Positions 41,283-52,899 of a DNA stretch of 64,000 nucleotides are shown one piece after another. The stretch's first letter is position 1, and each line of letters opens with the position of its first letter. The notes beneath the pieces were generated by a model that was not told where the DNA came from, searched no databases, and saw only the letters and a list, made by a program, of their open reading frames with translations. The position numbers and the translations under genes were made by a program. This DNA is from Anthoceros angustus (Eukaryota; Plantae; Anthocerotophyta), in NCBI GenBank assembly GCA_010909165.1, contig VJWM01000218.1, positions 1-64,000 of the forward strand, given 5' to 3'.

Positions 41283-42095
41283 ATGGCGACATCTATGGGA
41301 TTTGGACGATCTTTCCTTGCTATTTTCCTTGCTCTTCTACTCATGTTTCCAAGCATATTGCTAGGCGATTAGGGAGTCACTTGAACGCCAAGAGGATAGA
41401 TATTGATGACAAGATATTGAGGGCTCCACGAAAACCGCCTAGTGGTCCTAGCCCGAATGAGCCGTGGATGCCTCCTCTAGATCCACGAAGGTGATTGTTC
41501 GAGGAGACGACGCATCTTGAGGGCTCCTAGAAAACCACCTAGTGGTGCTAGCCCGTAATGAGCCCGGGATGCCTCCTCTCGATGTAGAGAAAGTGACTGC
41601 TCAAGGAGACGACGCATCTTGAGGGCTCCAAAACCACCTAGCGGTGCTAGCTCGCAATGAGCTCGGGATGCCTCCTCTAGAGGCAAAGAAAGTAATTGTT
41701 GAGGGCACAAAGGCATCTTGAGAGCTCCAAGAAAACCACCTAGTGGTGCTAGCCCGTAATGAGCCCGGGATGCCTCCTCTCGATGTAGAGAAAGTGACTG
41801 CTCAAGGAGACGACGCATCTTGAGGGCTCCTAGAAAACCACCTAGCGGTGCTAGCTCGGCAATGAGCTGGGATGCCTCCTCTAGAGGCAAAGAAAGTAAT
41901 TGTTGGAGGGCACAAAGGCATCTTGAGAGCTCCAAGAAAACCACCTAGTGGTGCTAGCCCGGCAATGAGCCCGGATGCCTCCTCTAGATCCATCAAGGTG
42001 ACTCTTGAGGAGACGAGCGCATCTTGAGGGCTCCACGAAACCACCTAGCGGTGCTAGCTCGCAATGAGCCCGGGATGCCTCCTCTAGATCCATAG
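41283..42095 (+). CDS. Secreted polypeptide precursor, 7 motifs (copy 5)
   Basis: Seven AAACC(G/A)CCTAG(T/C)GGT(C/G)CTAGC cores at ~41430, 41530, 41630, 41730, 41833, 41936 and 42037. Confidence 0.7.
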
Positions 42096-44573
42096 AGAGT
42101 CATTTTCAACTTGTATTGAGTGTAGAAGTAATGGCTCATACAAGGCACAAGTGGGAATTATAATGTGCATATGTCGCTCACCCTTGGACACCCTTTTGTT
42201 GGGAAGGTGTGGTATTGAAACGGGAGATATTTTCTTGTCGTATATTTATTGAAGAATTTAATCGAACTTATTATGTTAACAATAAACAATAATTCGGATT
42301 TACTAACTATTGATCTTTTGATGTTAATACGACATTAAAGGGAATGTGTTACTTGACCCCATCATTTCACTCCGGAACAAGGATGTGGAAATGCATGTCA
42401 CACCATTTGGTCTACACCGTGGCTTTAGCGATCCGACACGAGAAGACGATCCCCTGCATCGATGGGCCCCATTGCATATAGCACCAGCCCAAGCCGTTGA
42501 GAGGGATGGGAGAAAAGTGATAGCAAGCCTGTCTACACAGCACCAAGCAGCAGTGGAATTGAAGGACAAGACTACCGCACCAAAGGTGAATACGCAAGTT
42601 TATCGAGGAGTGGCGAAATGGTCATCGGCAGAACTTTCAAAGATAATCCCACAATGAGCACAGGATGCCTCCTCTAGAGGCAAAGAAAGTAATTGTTGAG
42701 GGCACAAAGGCATCTTGAGGGCTCCAGGAAACCAGTGAGTACGCATCTTGCAGCATGATAGACCCGAGCTCGCGATGGAGAAAGAATTAGGACACGGACT
42801 TAGAATATCTAGGAGATTGGAGACAGGTAGCCGCAAAACCCCTTAGGTTGAAAGGTCCTCTCATGTTACAAAGACATTGGTATGCCAAAAATGAACCTAC
42901 CTAGCTCAAGACCGCGAGGACATCCAAGCCCTCGTGACAAGGTATTGGGTCCCATCCTTTCCTTTGAAGTCGTTTCCTACATACTTGAGTACAAAACGTT
43001 GCTAGAGGACATCTACAACGGCTTCCACACACCGCTCCATCTAGTCCGCACTAATACGAACTTATTATGTTAACAATAAACAATAATTCGGATTTACTAA
43101 CTATTGATCTTTTGATGTTAATACGACATTAAAGGGAATGTGTTACTTGACCCCATCATTTCACTCCGGAACAAGGATGTGGAAATGCATGTCACACCAT
43201 TTGGTCTACACCGTGGCTTTAGCTGCATCGATACGAAGACGATCCCCTGATGGGCCCCATTGCATATAGCACCAGCCCAAGCCGTTGAGAGGGATGGGAG
43301 AAAAGTGATAGCAAGCCTGTCTACACAGCACCAAGCAGCAGTGGAATTGAAGGACAAGACTACCGCACCAGTGTGAATACGCAAGTTTATCGAGGAGTGG
43401 CGAAATGGTCATCAGCGCAGCAACTTTCAGCAAAGATAATCCCACAACCGAACACCCTCGGCCGAATGAGGCTTGGCGGTAGCTGGAAACCAGTGAGTAC
43501 TGCATCTTGCAGCATGATAGACCCGAGCTCGCGATGGAGAAAGAATTAGGACACGGACTTAGAATATCTAGGAGATTGGAGACAGGTAGCCGCAAAACCC
43601 CTTAGGTTGAAAGGTCCTCTCATGTTACAAGACATTGGTATGCCAAAAATGAACCTACCTAGCTCAAGACCGCGAGGACATCCAAGCCCTCGGGACAAGG
43701 TATTGGGTCCCATCCTTTCCTTTGAAGTCGCTTTCTACATACTTGAGTACAAAACGTTGCTAGAGGACATCTACAACGGCTTCCACACACCGCTCCATCT
43801 AGTCCGTACCAATACTAATGAACTTACCCGCCACTGATCATGAACTCGGGCGGTCCAATGATCATGTCCACCAAAGATTGGAGTATTCACGGACCCCAAC
43901 CGGAGCTCTACTCGCGTTGCTAGAGGACATCTACAACGGCTTCCACACACCGCTCCATCTAGTCCGCAATGAGCCCGGATGCCTCCTCTCGATGTAGAGA
44001 AAAGTGATAGCAAGCCTGCTAAACTCTCCTTATGTCAAGGGGAGAAATTCCATATAGTGCAAGGAATCGATCTCCGATCTTCGTGAGAGGTGTTCTCCTA
44101 GGACGTTTAGAATCGGCTACTATCTAAGAGTTTGATTCTATAGGGATTTCTGTTCAACTCAACCGTGCTTTGAGGTGATCAAGAACACTTTTAGACCAGA
44201 CTTGCTCTTCAAAGACGACACCCATTGCTCGCGTCATTGCATATTTGCTTATCAAGAATTTGGACAACAAAATAAAGGTGTAGCACTAGCGACCACGAGG
44301 TCCTAGGATACGACTAGTCCGCAATGTATGAAGCGGGTAATCAATCTACAAACATTCGCATAATCGAGTACTTGGGGTATGATACCATATTAACAATGAA
44401 AACTATAGAGAACTTGTACAATTGAATAAGTGCAACTCATCGATCAATTACAAAATTATCCTAAATACTTGTGTGGTGGTATTGTGGTGTATGTTCAAAA
44501 TTAACCTAAATGAATAAATAATATTGGATAGGTTCAATTAACCCTAACCTCTAATAAATAGAAGCTAAAGAAA

Positions 44574-44790
44574 ATGGCAACATCTATGAGATTTGGATGA
44601 TGTTTCCTTGCTAATTTTCTTGGTCTTCTACTCATGTTTCCGAGCATGCTACCGGATATACTAGGAGTCACTTACCAAACATCAAGAGGATAGATACCGA
44701 TAATAGCTAGCATCTATCTTGAGCTAGCTCCAAGAAAACCACCAAGTAGTGCTAGCCCGTAATGAGCCCCGAGAAGCCTCCTCCATTTAG
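44574..44790 (+). pseudogene. Single-motif paralog pseudogene
   Basis: Same sequence as 13396-13609, including the TGA. Confidence 0.8.
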
Positions 44791-45434
44791 AATATTTGAG
44801 AAAATTAAGAGCAACAGCCCCAAGTGAGCCCATTTGATATAAAGAATCCTATGGGAGTTTCTTTCCCACCATGCCTTTTCCTCTTGGTTTTCCATCCACT
44901 TTTTGATTTTTGTACTTAGTACTTGACACGATGGAGCGAATGGAGACAAAACTTTGAACTCAAAACTAAGGCCATCTACCTTGCGCATTGAAAAATGGGT
45001 TGGGGGCATTCACAAAGTTTCTCAAACAACCTATCTCATCGGGCGCAACAACTAGAACTAGATGGCGCTCCGCGGATAGATGCATGAAGTTTATTACACG
45101 CACTTGGGAAACTAGCTGCCCTATGCAAGATAGGAAATGCCTCTAGCAATACTAAGTCACCCTAGTATCACTATCATTTGTATAATACAAGTATGGAGAA
45201 GGGGGAGCAGAGAACCGGAGACGGAGGAACTTATATAGAGGTGGGGGACGATGAATCGTGAGAGCACCGTGAACTTCGCTATTGGGAGTGTATGCCCGCA
45301 GCTGAACAAAAAGGAACTCCTAGCGATGCCAAACTCCTCCGCAAAGACTAAAATGGGCGCCCGCTAAAGCCGGGCTAGGATGCGGGATGTAGATGGCGAG
45401 AGACCCTAGGATCGTAACTTAGCGAACCACGGTT

Positions 45435-45651
45435 TGTTGCGACCATAGCGCTACGGAGGGAAGCTTCGTTCCGTTCGATCATTAATGTTAGGCACGCGCG
45501 TGCGTAGAAGAATGTTTTAGTTGCCGGACGGTTCCGTTCGTTACCTTTCACACTTACGATCGCGTTACAACCGCATCGAGACACTATAAGTACGCACGCT
45601 CGACTTAATCAATCACTCATCGCTCACCTTCGTGATCTTGCACCCGCTTTA
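45435..45651 (+). repeat. Putative copia 5' LTR (~217 bp)
   Basis: TG start at the array junction, CTATAAG at ~45584, ends immediately before the PBS; no second copy visible to confirm. Confidence 0.6.
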
Positions 45652-45663
45652 TGGTATCGAGCC
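45652..45663 (+). promoter_or_regulatory. Primer-binding site (initiator tRNA-Met type)
   Basis: TGGTATCGAGCC, one base short of canonical TGGTATCAGAGC. Confidence 0.75.
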
Positions 45664-46159
45664 GAAGGCCAAGCGCCGCTCGCATCGCCACGCGCCACGC
45701 CACCGTGTCACAAAGCTTCCCAATGGCGCTGCAGAAGAACGGCAATCGGCAAGAAGATCCTAAAATCGCAAGATGCCTAGAAAGCGTGCCGGCTTCTTCC
45801 TCTCCATCGGTAGAGCGCCTCCCGTGCGGATCCGGCCATTTGCGGGACCGCATCAAAGAGATGAGACGCACCTTCAACATTAGGCCTCGTCCTGCATCGG
45901 CCCCTGCCCATCGAACCAGCCACACGGGACTTCACACTCTTCCACCACGCCTCATGTTTTGCTAACCGCATGTCTGCAGATTCTGAGCGCTTCCAGAGAT
46001 TCCACCAAGCCAACCTGTTCTCTACTAGAGCGTCATCACCCATCAAGATCTCAAGAACCAATCACGGAATTGAACTCACAAATCGAGTCACTTCACTTGC
46101 ATTAGAGAAAATTCATCTCAAAGATTAGATACTAGTGCCAATAGCTCACCTCTCAGACG

Positions 46160-49100
46160 CAGCAATATATGCTCGCTTTGATCCCTTAACAACCACAAAA
46201 GAAATACTAAGAAGCAAACAATCATGGAATAAAACAACACCACCAAAATCGAATCTGGACCGAGACCGGTTTAACGGAATCGATTTCATGTGTGGAAGAT
46301 GAGAGTCACCGCCGCTCAAGAGCATGACCGATGGAGATTGTCGACGACACTCCCGTGCTCGGACCCAACACCAACCTGTTGGAACATCCGACTTAATTGC
46401 GGCTTGGAACAAGAGAGACAAGCGCGCAATCTCCTCATATCTCGCACTTGATAAAAGTATGCTTCAGACACACAGTACCAAAGATGCTCACGGCATCCGG
46501 AAGATATTTAACGATATGTTCCAAGCCCAAGACTCCATGTCACTAGTGAGCGCCACGAGATTGTTTTACCACTCGGGATGAAGGACACGGAGAGTGTTGA
46601 ACAAAGACGCCAAGAATTTCCAAGCAAGAAGAGCGACTAGCCGCCCGGCACCACGATCACGGAACACCAAGTCAGTAATACCGACATCCCCGCATCTTAC
46701 AGACTTTCGGCTCGAATTCCATCATCGACAATCAGCAAAAGCAGCGGTGGAGGTGCCCAAGCGGACACGTTCTCCGAAATCGTTGGAGCTTTACTTGAGG
46801 AGGAATCGAGCCGTGGCTCCAATTCAAGAACTGGCCAAGGTAGCACCAATCACGCACTCTTCACTTCTCGAGGCCGAGGCAGTCGAAGAGGCAGAGGACG
46901 CGGTAATTTTTCAAACCGCCGCTTTTACGACTCACAGCAGCTGCATGCACCCGGAGGCTACAACAAAAACAATCAGACTGGTCAGAAAAGGACCAGCAAA
47001 GGACCCTGCAACTGGTGCCGGATTCCGGGCCATTTCGAGTACGAATGCAGGAAGAAACAATCAGGAGAACCTCGCCGTGACTCACCCAGAAACGAGTCGA
47101 ACCTGCTAATGACTCCCAAGCCCCCACCAGTAATTCAATCTTAGTCTGTTTGATGTCGACTCAGATCGACGATTGTCGATGGTTCCTGGATTCGAGCAAC
47201 TACTCACATTTGCGGACAGGATATGTTCACATCCTATCATAATGTCCTCTCGACCAAAGATGTCACCTTGGTGACGACTCACTCCCCGCCAAGGCACCGG
47301 TGAAGTTGCATTGAGACTCTCTAATGGCGAATCCCTCATCATCAATGGAGTGCTTCACGCACTGCAATGACCAAGAACCCGCTATCGGTGAGGAAATTGG
47401 CCACGGAGCACGACCTCATAATTACTTTTCAAGGCAACCATCGCACAATTCATGATTCAAGGATAAACATCGATCGCACTTGCACACGGCCTACCTTACA
47501 ACGACCAGATCCGCTGAACATACGCCTTCTTCATCACTTGTCGCCGATGACTCATCATCGCTTTCACAAAGAACACCTGCTATGGCATTACGGCCATATA
47601 AATCAGCGTTATTTGGAAGCCTTTGCCAACCCGCCTTGTACAAGGATCCATCAACATTAAATCCAGAAGGATTTCTTCCGTGAGATCCGCAAGTACTCCA
47701 AGTTGACCCAACTCCCTTTTAAAGATCCTTCACCAACAAGAGCTCGACGACTTGAGACTCAGACATCGACATCCGCGCCCAATGAGCACACAGTGGGGCC
47801 ACTCTTACTTCCTTACTTTTATGGACGAATGGAGTGTACTCCCACATTTATTTCTTGCGCCACAAGGATGAGGCCCTCACCGTTCCAAGAGTTTGTGTTA
47901 GCAGAACGACAAACTGGTTTTCAAGTCTGCACTCTAATGACAATGGTGGAGAATACACAAGTGCGCTTTTAATGAGTTCTCACGATCCAAAGGGATCCTC
48001 CGCCAACTTATCGTGCCATACACTCCTTCTCGAACCCCTATGCAGAGCGACTCAATAGATCACTTCTTGAGATTTCTCGCCCATTCGAAGCTCTCCCGCC
48101 TCTCTCGAGGCTCGGGCCAGCGTAGCTACGCCCAACTACCTTAAAACAGGCTTCCTACTAAAGAGCTGCCAGCACTACACCTTTTGAACCGGATGTAACA
48201 AACCTAGAATCTCCCATCTTCGCATCTTGGTAGTCCCGCTTTTGCCCATATACCGATGCCACCAGAAGAAATGGGACGACAAAAGTCGCAAGCTTCTCTT
48301 CATTGGCTACTCGGATCAAGTAAAAGCCTACCGTCTCATCAACCCGGCTACTAGAGAGGTAATCCTTTCCGCAGTTGTTCATTTCCATGAATCCCATGTC
48401 CTCAACACCTATCTTACCTCCTGTCACCTCTCTTCCCCACCCAGATCTCGGCCTCCTACCTTCACTAATTTTCCCTTGCCCTTGAGGGGCCACATCTCAC
48501 TACGAAGAAGAAGAAGACGATATGCAAGCTCAAGAGGAAACTCGGCTCATTCACCGTTCGGCCCACTACTCAAGCACCTCTGTACCTGGATATACTAGAT
48601 ATACCACATATACCACATATACCAACTATTCCACTATCCAAGCCCCACCACTATCCCAGCAGTGTATTACCACCGATGACCTCGAGGTGCATCCTTTGTC
48701 CACAACCAGCAGGATAATGAGGTACACATCCACGAACTCGAACCACCACCTCTTAGGCGATCTACTCGCCATAGACCACCTAGCCATCAATGGAGACATC
48801 CACCCTTGTCCCTAGAGACTCCTTTTCTCGCCAAGAGCCTATTCCACCTCTGAAGCACTAGTTCCCGCTCAAGCCCCACCGACAATAATGTCGACTCAAG
48901 ATGTATTGCATTGCATCAAGCCACAGAATTGAGATGCAGGATGTACCGCAAGCATAGAAGAAGCCCTTAGCATACCGAATGGAAGGCTTCCGCTCAATCA
49001 ATATGACTCCTAATTGCCAACAAAACTTGGAAACTTATCGACCTCCTGCAAGCCGATTTCTGCAAATGGACCTTGAAGGAAACTCAACTCGATGGGACTG

Positions 49101-50385
49101 TTTCAGACATAAGTCTAGACTGGTAGCCCGAGGTTTCACCAGTACTGTGTTTCACTATGAAGAAAGCAGATTGTTTAGTCCCGTTGTCAAGGCAACTTCG
49201 ATAAGGATACTACTAGCTTTTTGCTCACCACCACCGTATATACACCGTAGATTTAAGATCGCTTTACGGAACCCTACATGAGGACATCTACATGTTACAC
49301 CACCGTGGTTTGTTAAAGACAGAAGGTGTGTAAATTGCTCAAATCCATCTATGGATTAAAGCAATCGGCACAAGTGTGGAATGAGACAAGGGATGACACG
49401 AAGAAGTGTGGCTTTGCCCTCTCATCTCGACACCGTGTTTACATCCCGAGAACCAACAACAGTTGCAATTGTCACCTTATATGAGCGATAATTTCATTTT
49501 CAAAGAACTGTGAAGTAATACAATATGTGAAAGATCATTATCAAGGAGTACGACGTTGTTGACATGGGACCTCTACGCTATGCTCTCGAGTCTGTTTGAA
49601 TTCAAGGAAGAAGATCACACCTTTTCATCCACCAAGAGCATTATGTCATACAACTCTGGAAAGGTTCAACTCAAGGACGCCAAGCCGCCACGCCAATTGC
49701 CTCCGGAGAAAAGGTATCACCGAGATGCCCCAAAGACTCAAGAAGTGCGGAGATGAGGAGCATCCCCTACGTGAGGTCACGGAAGTTTACTTTATTTATC
49801 GATCTGGACAAGGCGGACATATCACAAGCGGTGAATATAGTGTCCGGATATCTCTAATCCGGAAGGCGCATTGGACTGCGTCAAGAGGATTCTCCGTTAT
49901 TTGAAAAGACAAAATCATACGGCCGCTATATAGAGTGACCACTCATCCAAGCTTATTCTTACCTCCTTTTCGATGCGATTAGGCGACCCGACGCCGGAGA
50001 TCAACACTGCCATGTGATGATTATCAGCGATCGTCTCGTGGGCTGCAAGAAGATGCACCATTTGCACTTCATCCATCAAGTAGTATGCACGACCTTAGCG
50101 CCAAGGAGATACTTTGGATTCGTCAATTCCTACAAGACATTCATGAGAAGCGGGATGAGGCAACCCTTATTATGACAACCAACAAGAATAGCTATGACAC
50201 ACAATCCGATTTTGCACGCGAGGACCAAGCACGTGGAGATTCAAAGATCATTTTATCCGGCAAGTGGTGGCGAACAATCAAATCTCATTATGCTACATAA
50301 GTACAAGCGACAACACCGCAGACCGGCGACAAAGGGACTTCCCAAGGCACTTCACGACAAGCATGTCGAAGGTATCGGTGAATAG
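46160..50385 (+). pseudogene. Copia gag-pol, frameshifted as assembled
   Basis: Zn knuckle CNWCRIPGHFEYEC (~47007-47050); protease WFLDS(G)ATTH (~47180); LLWH..GHIN; integrase DNGGEYTS, AERLNRSLLE; KWDDKSRKLLFIGYS..KAYRL; RT HKSRLVARGF, FSPVVKATSIRILLA, CKLLKSIYGLKQS; RNase H KEILWIRQFL, NPILHARTKHVEI, TKGLPK. Confidence 0.92.
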
Positions 50386-50531
50386 AAAGCGTGTCCGGGC
50401 ATCGGTGATCAAGAAAAGGGGAGCCCCTAGTCACTTCAAAGACTCACCAGCCACGAACTCCTTGTTCCCAGTATTTGTTTATCCCGACTGCTCACAACTT
50501 CGACTTTTCACCACTTCGTTCTTGTGTACTC

Positions 50532-51208
50532 TGTCGCACGAGGTAAGCACTTGAATTCATATAAGCACTTCCTCGACCAACAACCAAGCAAACAAATCTA
50601 ATACGCAGGTATATAGGTGCAAACCAATAACAACAGAAGGGAGTAGCTAGCATGTCGTGGCACAAACACACTCTCCCCACGAGAACAACACGCAAATTCC
50701 TCACACATCGCTCTCAGAGTCATAGCTTGGCCTCCTCACAACACCCTTGCATTGCATATCTAGAGGACAAGCTATGATCTGAGCTTGTCCTCAATGGAAG
50801 GGTCTATATACTAGACCGCATCGGCATATTCTAAGATATCCTATTGGCATCGGCATATGCGAAATATCCTAAGAATACACTATAATATGCAAGGAATATG
50901 CCAAAGCATATTACTTGAGCTTATCCACTTAGCTATTGTATCCTAAGAATACACTATAATATGCAAGGAATATGCCAAAGCATATTACTTGAGCTTATCC
51001 ACTTAGCTATTGCTAACCATGTTTAATTAACACTAATCAATGCTTAATTAACATAAGCACATTAGATTAATTAACACTAATCAACGCAATTAACATAAGC
51101 ACTTTAGATTAATTAACACTAATTACTTACTTAAAGATAAGTAATTAGATTAATTAATGCTAATCAAACACTAAACCCAAGTGCAGATTAGTATCACACG
51201 GCATGACG
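50532..51208 (-). repeat. Putative gypsy 3' LTR (~670 bp)
   Basis: Non-coding block after the PHD stop; plus strand begins TGTCGC and ends CATGAC(G) or GTATCACA (51198); TATATATA at ~50805; internal 73-bp tandem duplication and TTAATTAA-rich tract. Partner LTR absent, so boundaries are tentative. Confidence 0.5.
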
Positions 51209-51362
51209 GTATGCAGGTAAGCACTTGAATTCATATAAGCACTTCCTCGACCAACAACCAAGCAAACAAATCTAATACGCGGTATATAGGTGCAAACCAA
51301 TCCCCGATAATGTGAGACTCCAAGTCAAACATTATCATTAGTAGGACTACATACGTCGCACC

Positions 51363-51510
51363 TCATGTAGTGCATTGTGCACAAAACCAATCTTCCTGAA
51401 TGTCGTCAAGAGGTGGTTGAACACAAAACATGTGGTATCCCCTATTGCACCGATCACAAAGAAGCATTACATCATCATCATCGACGTCCACAAAACCCGA
51501 CACTCCAAGT
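51363..51510 (-). CDS. PHD finger (C4HC3) at the C-terminus of gypsy integrase
   Basis: LECRVCG.DDDDVMLLCDRCNRGYHMFCVQPPLDDI..DWFCAQCTT* (first CxxC needs indel correction). Confidence 0.9.
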
Positions 51511-52620
51511 CTTTGGGTGGACGCCACATTGTAGGCCGTAGTTGAGGGTCCAAATTGGGTAAGTGGCATGGTGCGCAGTTCTTGAGGTGATCCTTCCATC
51601 TTGACCATCGGATCCTTCGAGCTCAAGCACTCCATCTTTGCCTACTCGCACGACCCGCAAGATGACTCTGGTGGATACCTCCAAGGTGTTGCACGGCTTC
51701 CGATGCGGTAGACATAATCTCCAACTTCGAACTTGCGCACCTTGGGTTTCCATGTCCCTCCTCGTGTGTAAGCATAGCGCTTGATTGCTCACCTGCACTA
51801 GCACTAGGTATGGCAAGGTTCTCCATTGCCATGGGCATGATCCGTTGAAAAGCTCGCCCGCCTTTCCGGTCTCGTAGGCAATCATCCGCATTGCGCCAAT
51901 CCACGGTGCTTGTAGCCTTGCTTGCCTCACGTTTGGCAAAATGGTTGTCGCCCATACAACAAGTAGTATGGTGAAAAATTGCTCAAGGTCGCTTGATTGC
52001 TCACCTGCACCCTAGCACTAGGTATGGCATCCCTTCATCCCATGTCTTGGTCATTTGTGAGACAATATTTGCGCAAGGCCGCTTGAAGGTCTGCAAGCGT
52101 TGCAAGTCCATCGGCTTGAGGATGATCTCTCGACGTCGTCGATGATCAATCAAGCTCTGTCAAGCAAGTCTTGAAATTCCCCACGAATTCTTTGCCCGTC
52201 GGTGAGAACCTCGCACATGCTCCATATCGACTAAGAACGGAAGCCAAGAACGCCTTCTTGGTAAGCCGAGAGTCACGCTTGGGTAAGATGGCAACCTCGC
52301 ACCACTTGCTGAAATGCTCCACCATTAGCATGACATGCTTGTTTCGATCTGGCGTCTCGGCATGTCGGCATGAGATCCACACTCCACTGTAGAAGAGTCC
52401 TCGGATCGGCAGAGTGAAGCACAACATCATTGGTGTGAACCTTGCCTTCACTCGATCGCACACTCAACATTCTGCGACCAGCCTTTCCACATCTCCATAC
52501 ATCCTTGCCCAAAAGTGTGTGGGCCTGAGCATGCTGTAGGTGCGCTTAGCACCAAAATGCCCTAAGCCTTCATGCACCTGGGTGATGAGTCTCACCCGGT
52601 CCTCCGGCTTGGGTACAATT
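51510..52620 (-). CDS. Gypsy integrase (HHCC zinc finger plus rve core), frameshifted as assembled
   Basis: HEGLGHFGAKRT...FWARMYGDV...EC.VC; WSVDL; MVEHFSKW; TDGKEF; HPQADGL; FSPYYLLYGRQP. Confidence 0.92.
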
Positions 52621-52899
52621 CTATCTCCCGCAGAATCACGGACATACATTATGTCCTCCTTCCAATAATCGAGCCACCTTCTCGCGTAGCTTGGCCCGCT
52701 CGAGATGAAAGCCCTTGTGGCAATTCCCGACCTTAGGAAGGTCACCGCTATTGCATCCGCCCGGATGTCACGGCGGACTCGCATACAAAGCGATGAGTGG
52801 AGGGCATCTTGACATCCTCATGCAGCATGGCCAACATGGTATCCGAACTACTCTCTCCCCCAACCGGTTGCTCATCATCTGAATCTTGCCTGGTGCCTG

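Larger units (their letters stand above)
1..45434 (+). repeat. Tandem array of a ~5.4-kb unit (about 6 units plus partial internal duplications), interrupted by a CACTA element
   Basis: The same landmarks recur in order. The ATG in GAAAATGGCGACATCTATG lies at 16512, 21905, 29144 (truncated), 30512, 35871 and 41283; spacings 5393, 5359, 5412 bp. Spacing 27->16512 minus the 11063-bp CACTA+TSD is 5422. Unit sequence stops at ...GAACCACGGTT (45434). Confidence 0.97.
45435..50531 (+). mobile_element. Ty1/copia LTR retrotransposon (3' LTR not seen in window)
   Basis: Starts TGTTG exactly where the array unit breaks; tRNA-Met-type PBS; domain order gag-PR-INT-RT-RH. Confidence 0.92.

Noticed and set aside
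41477-42093. Minus-strand LEEAS..LAPLGGF repeat ORFs as an LRR-like protein
   Set aside because: Antisense shadow of the peptide repeats; no LxxLxLxxN consensus; the signal peptide, TATA and splice signals are all on the plus strand.
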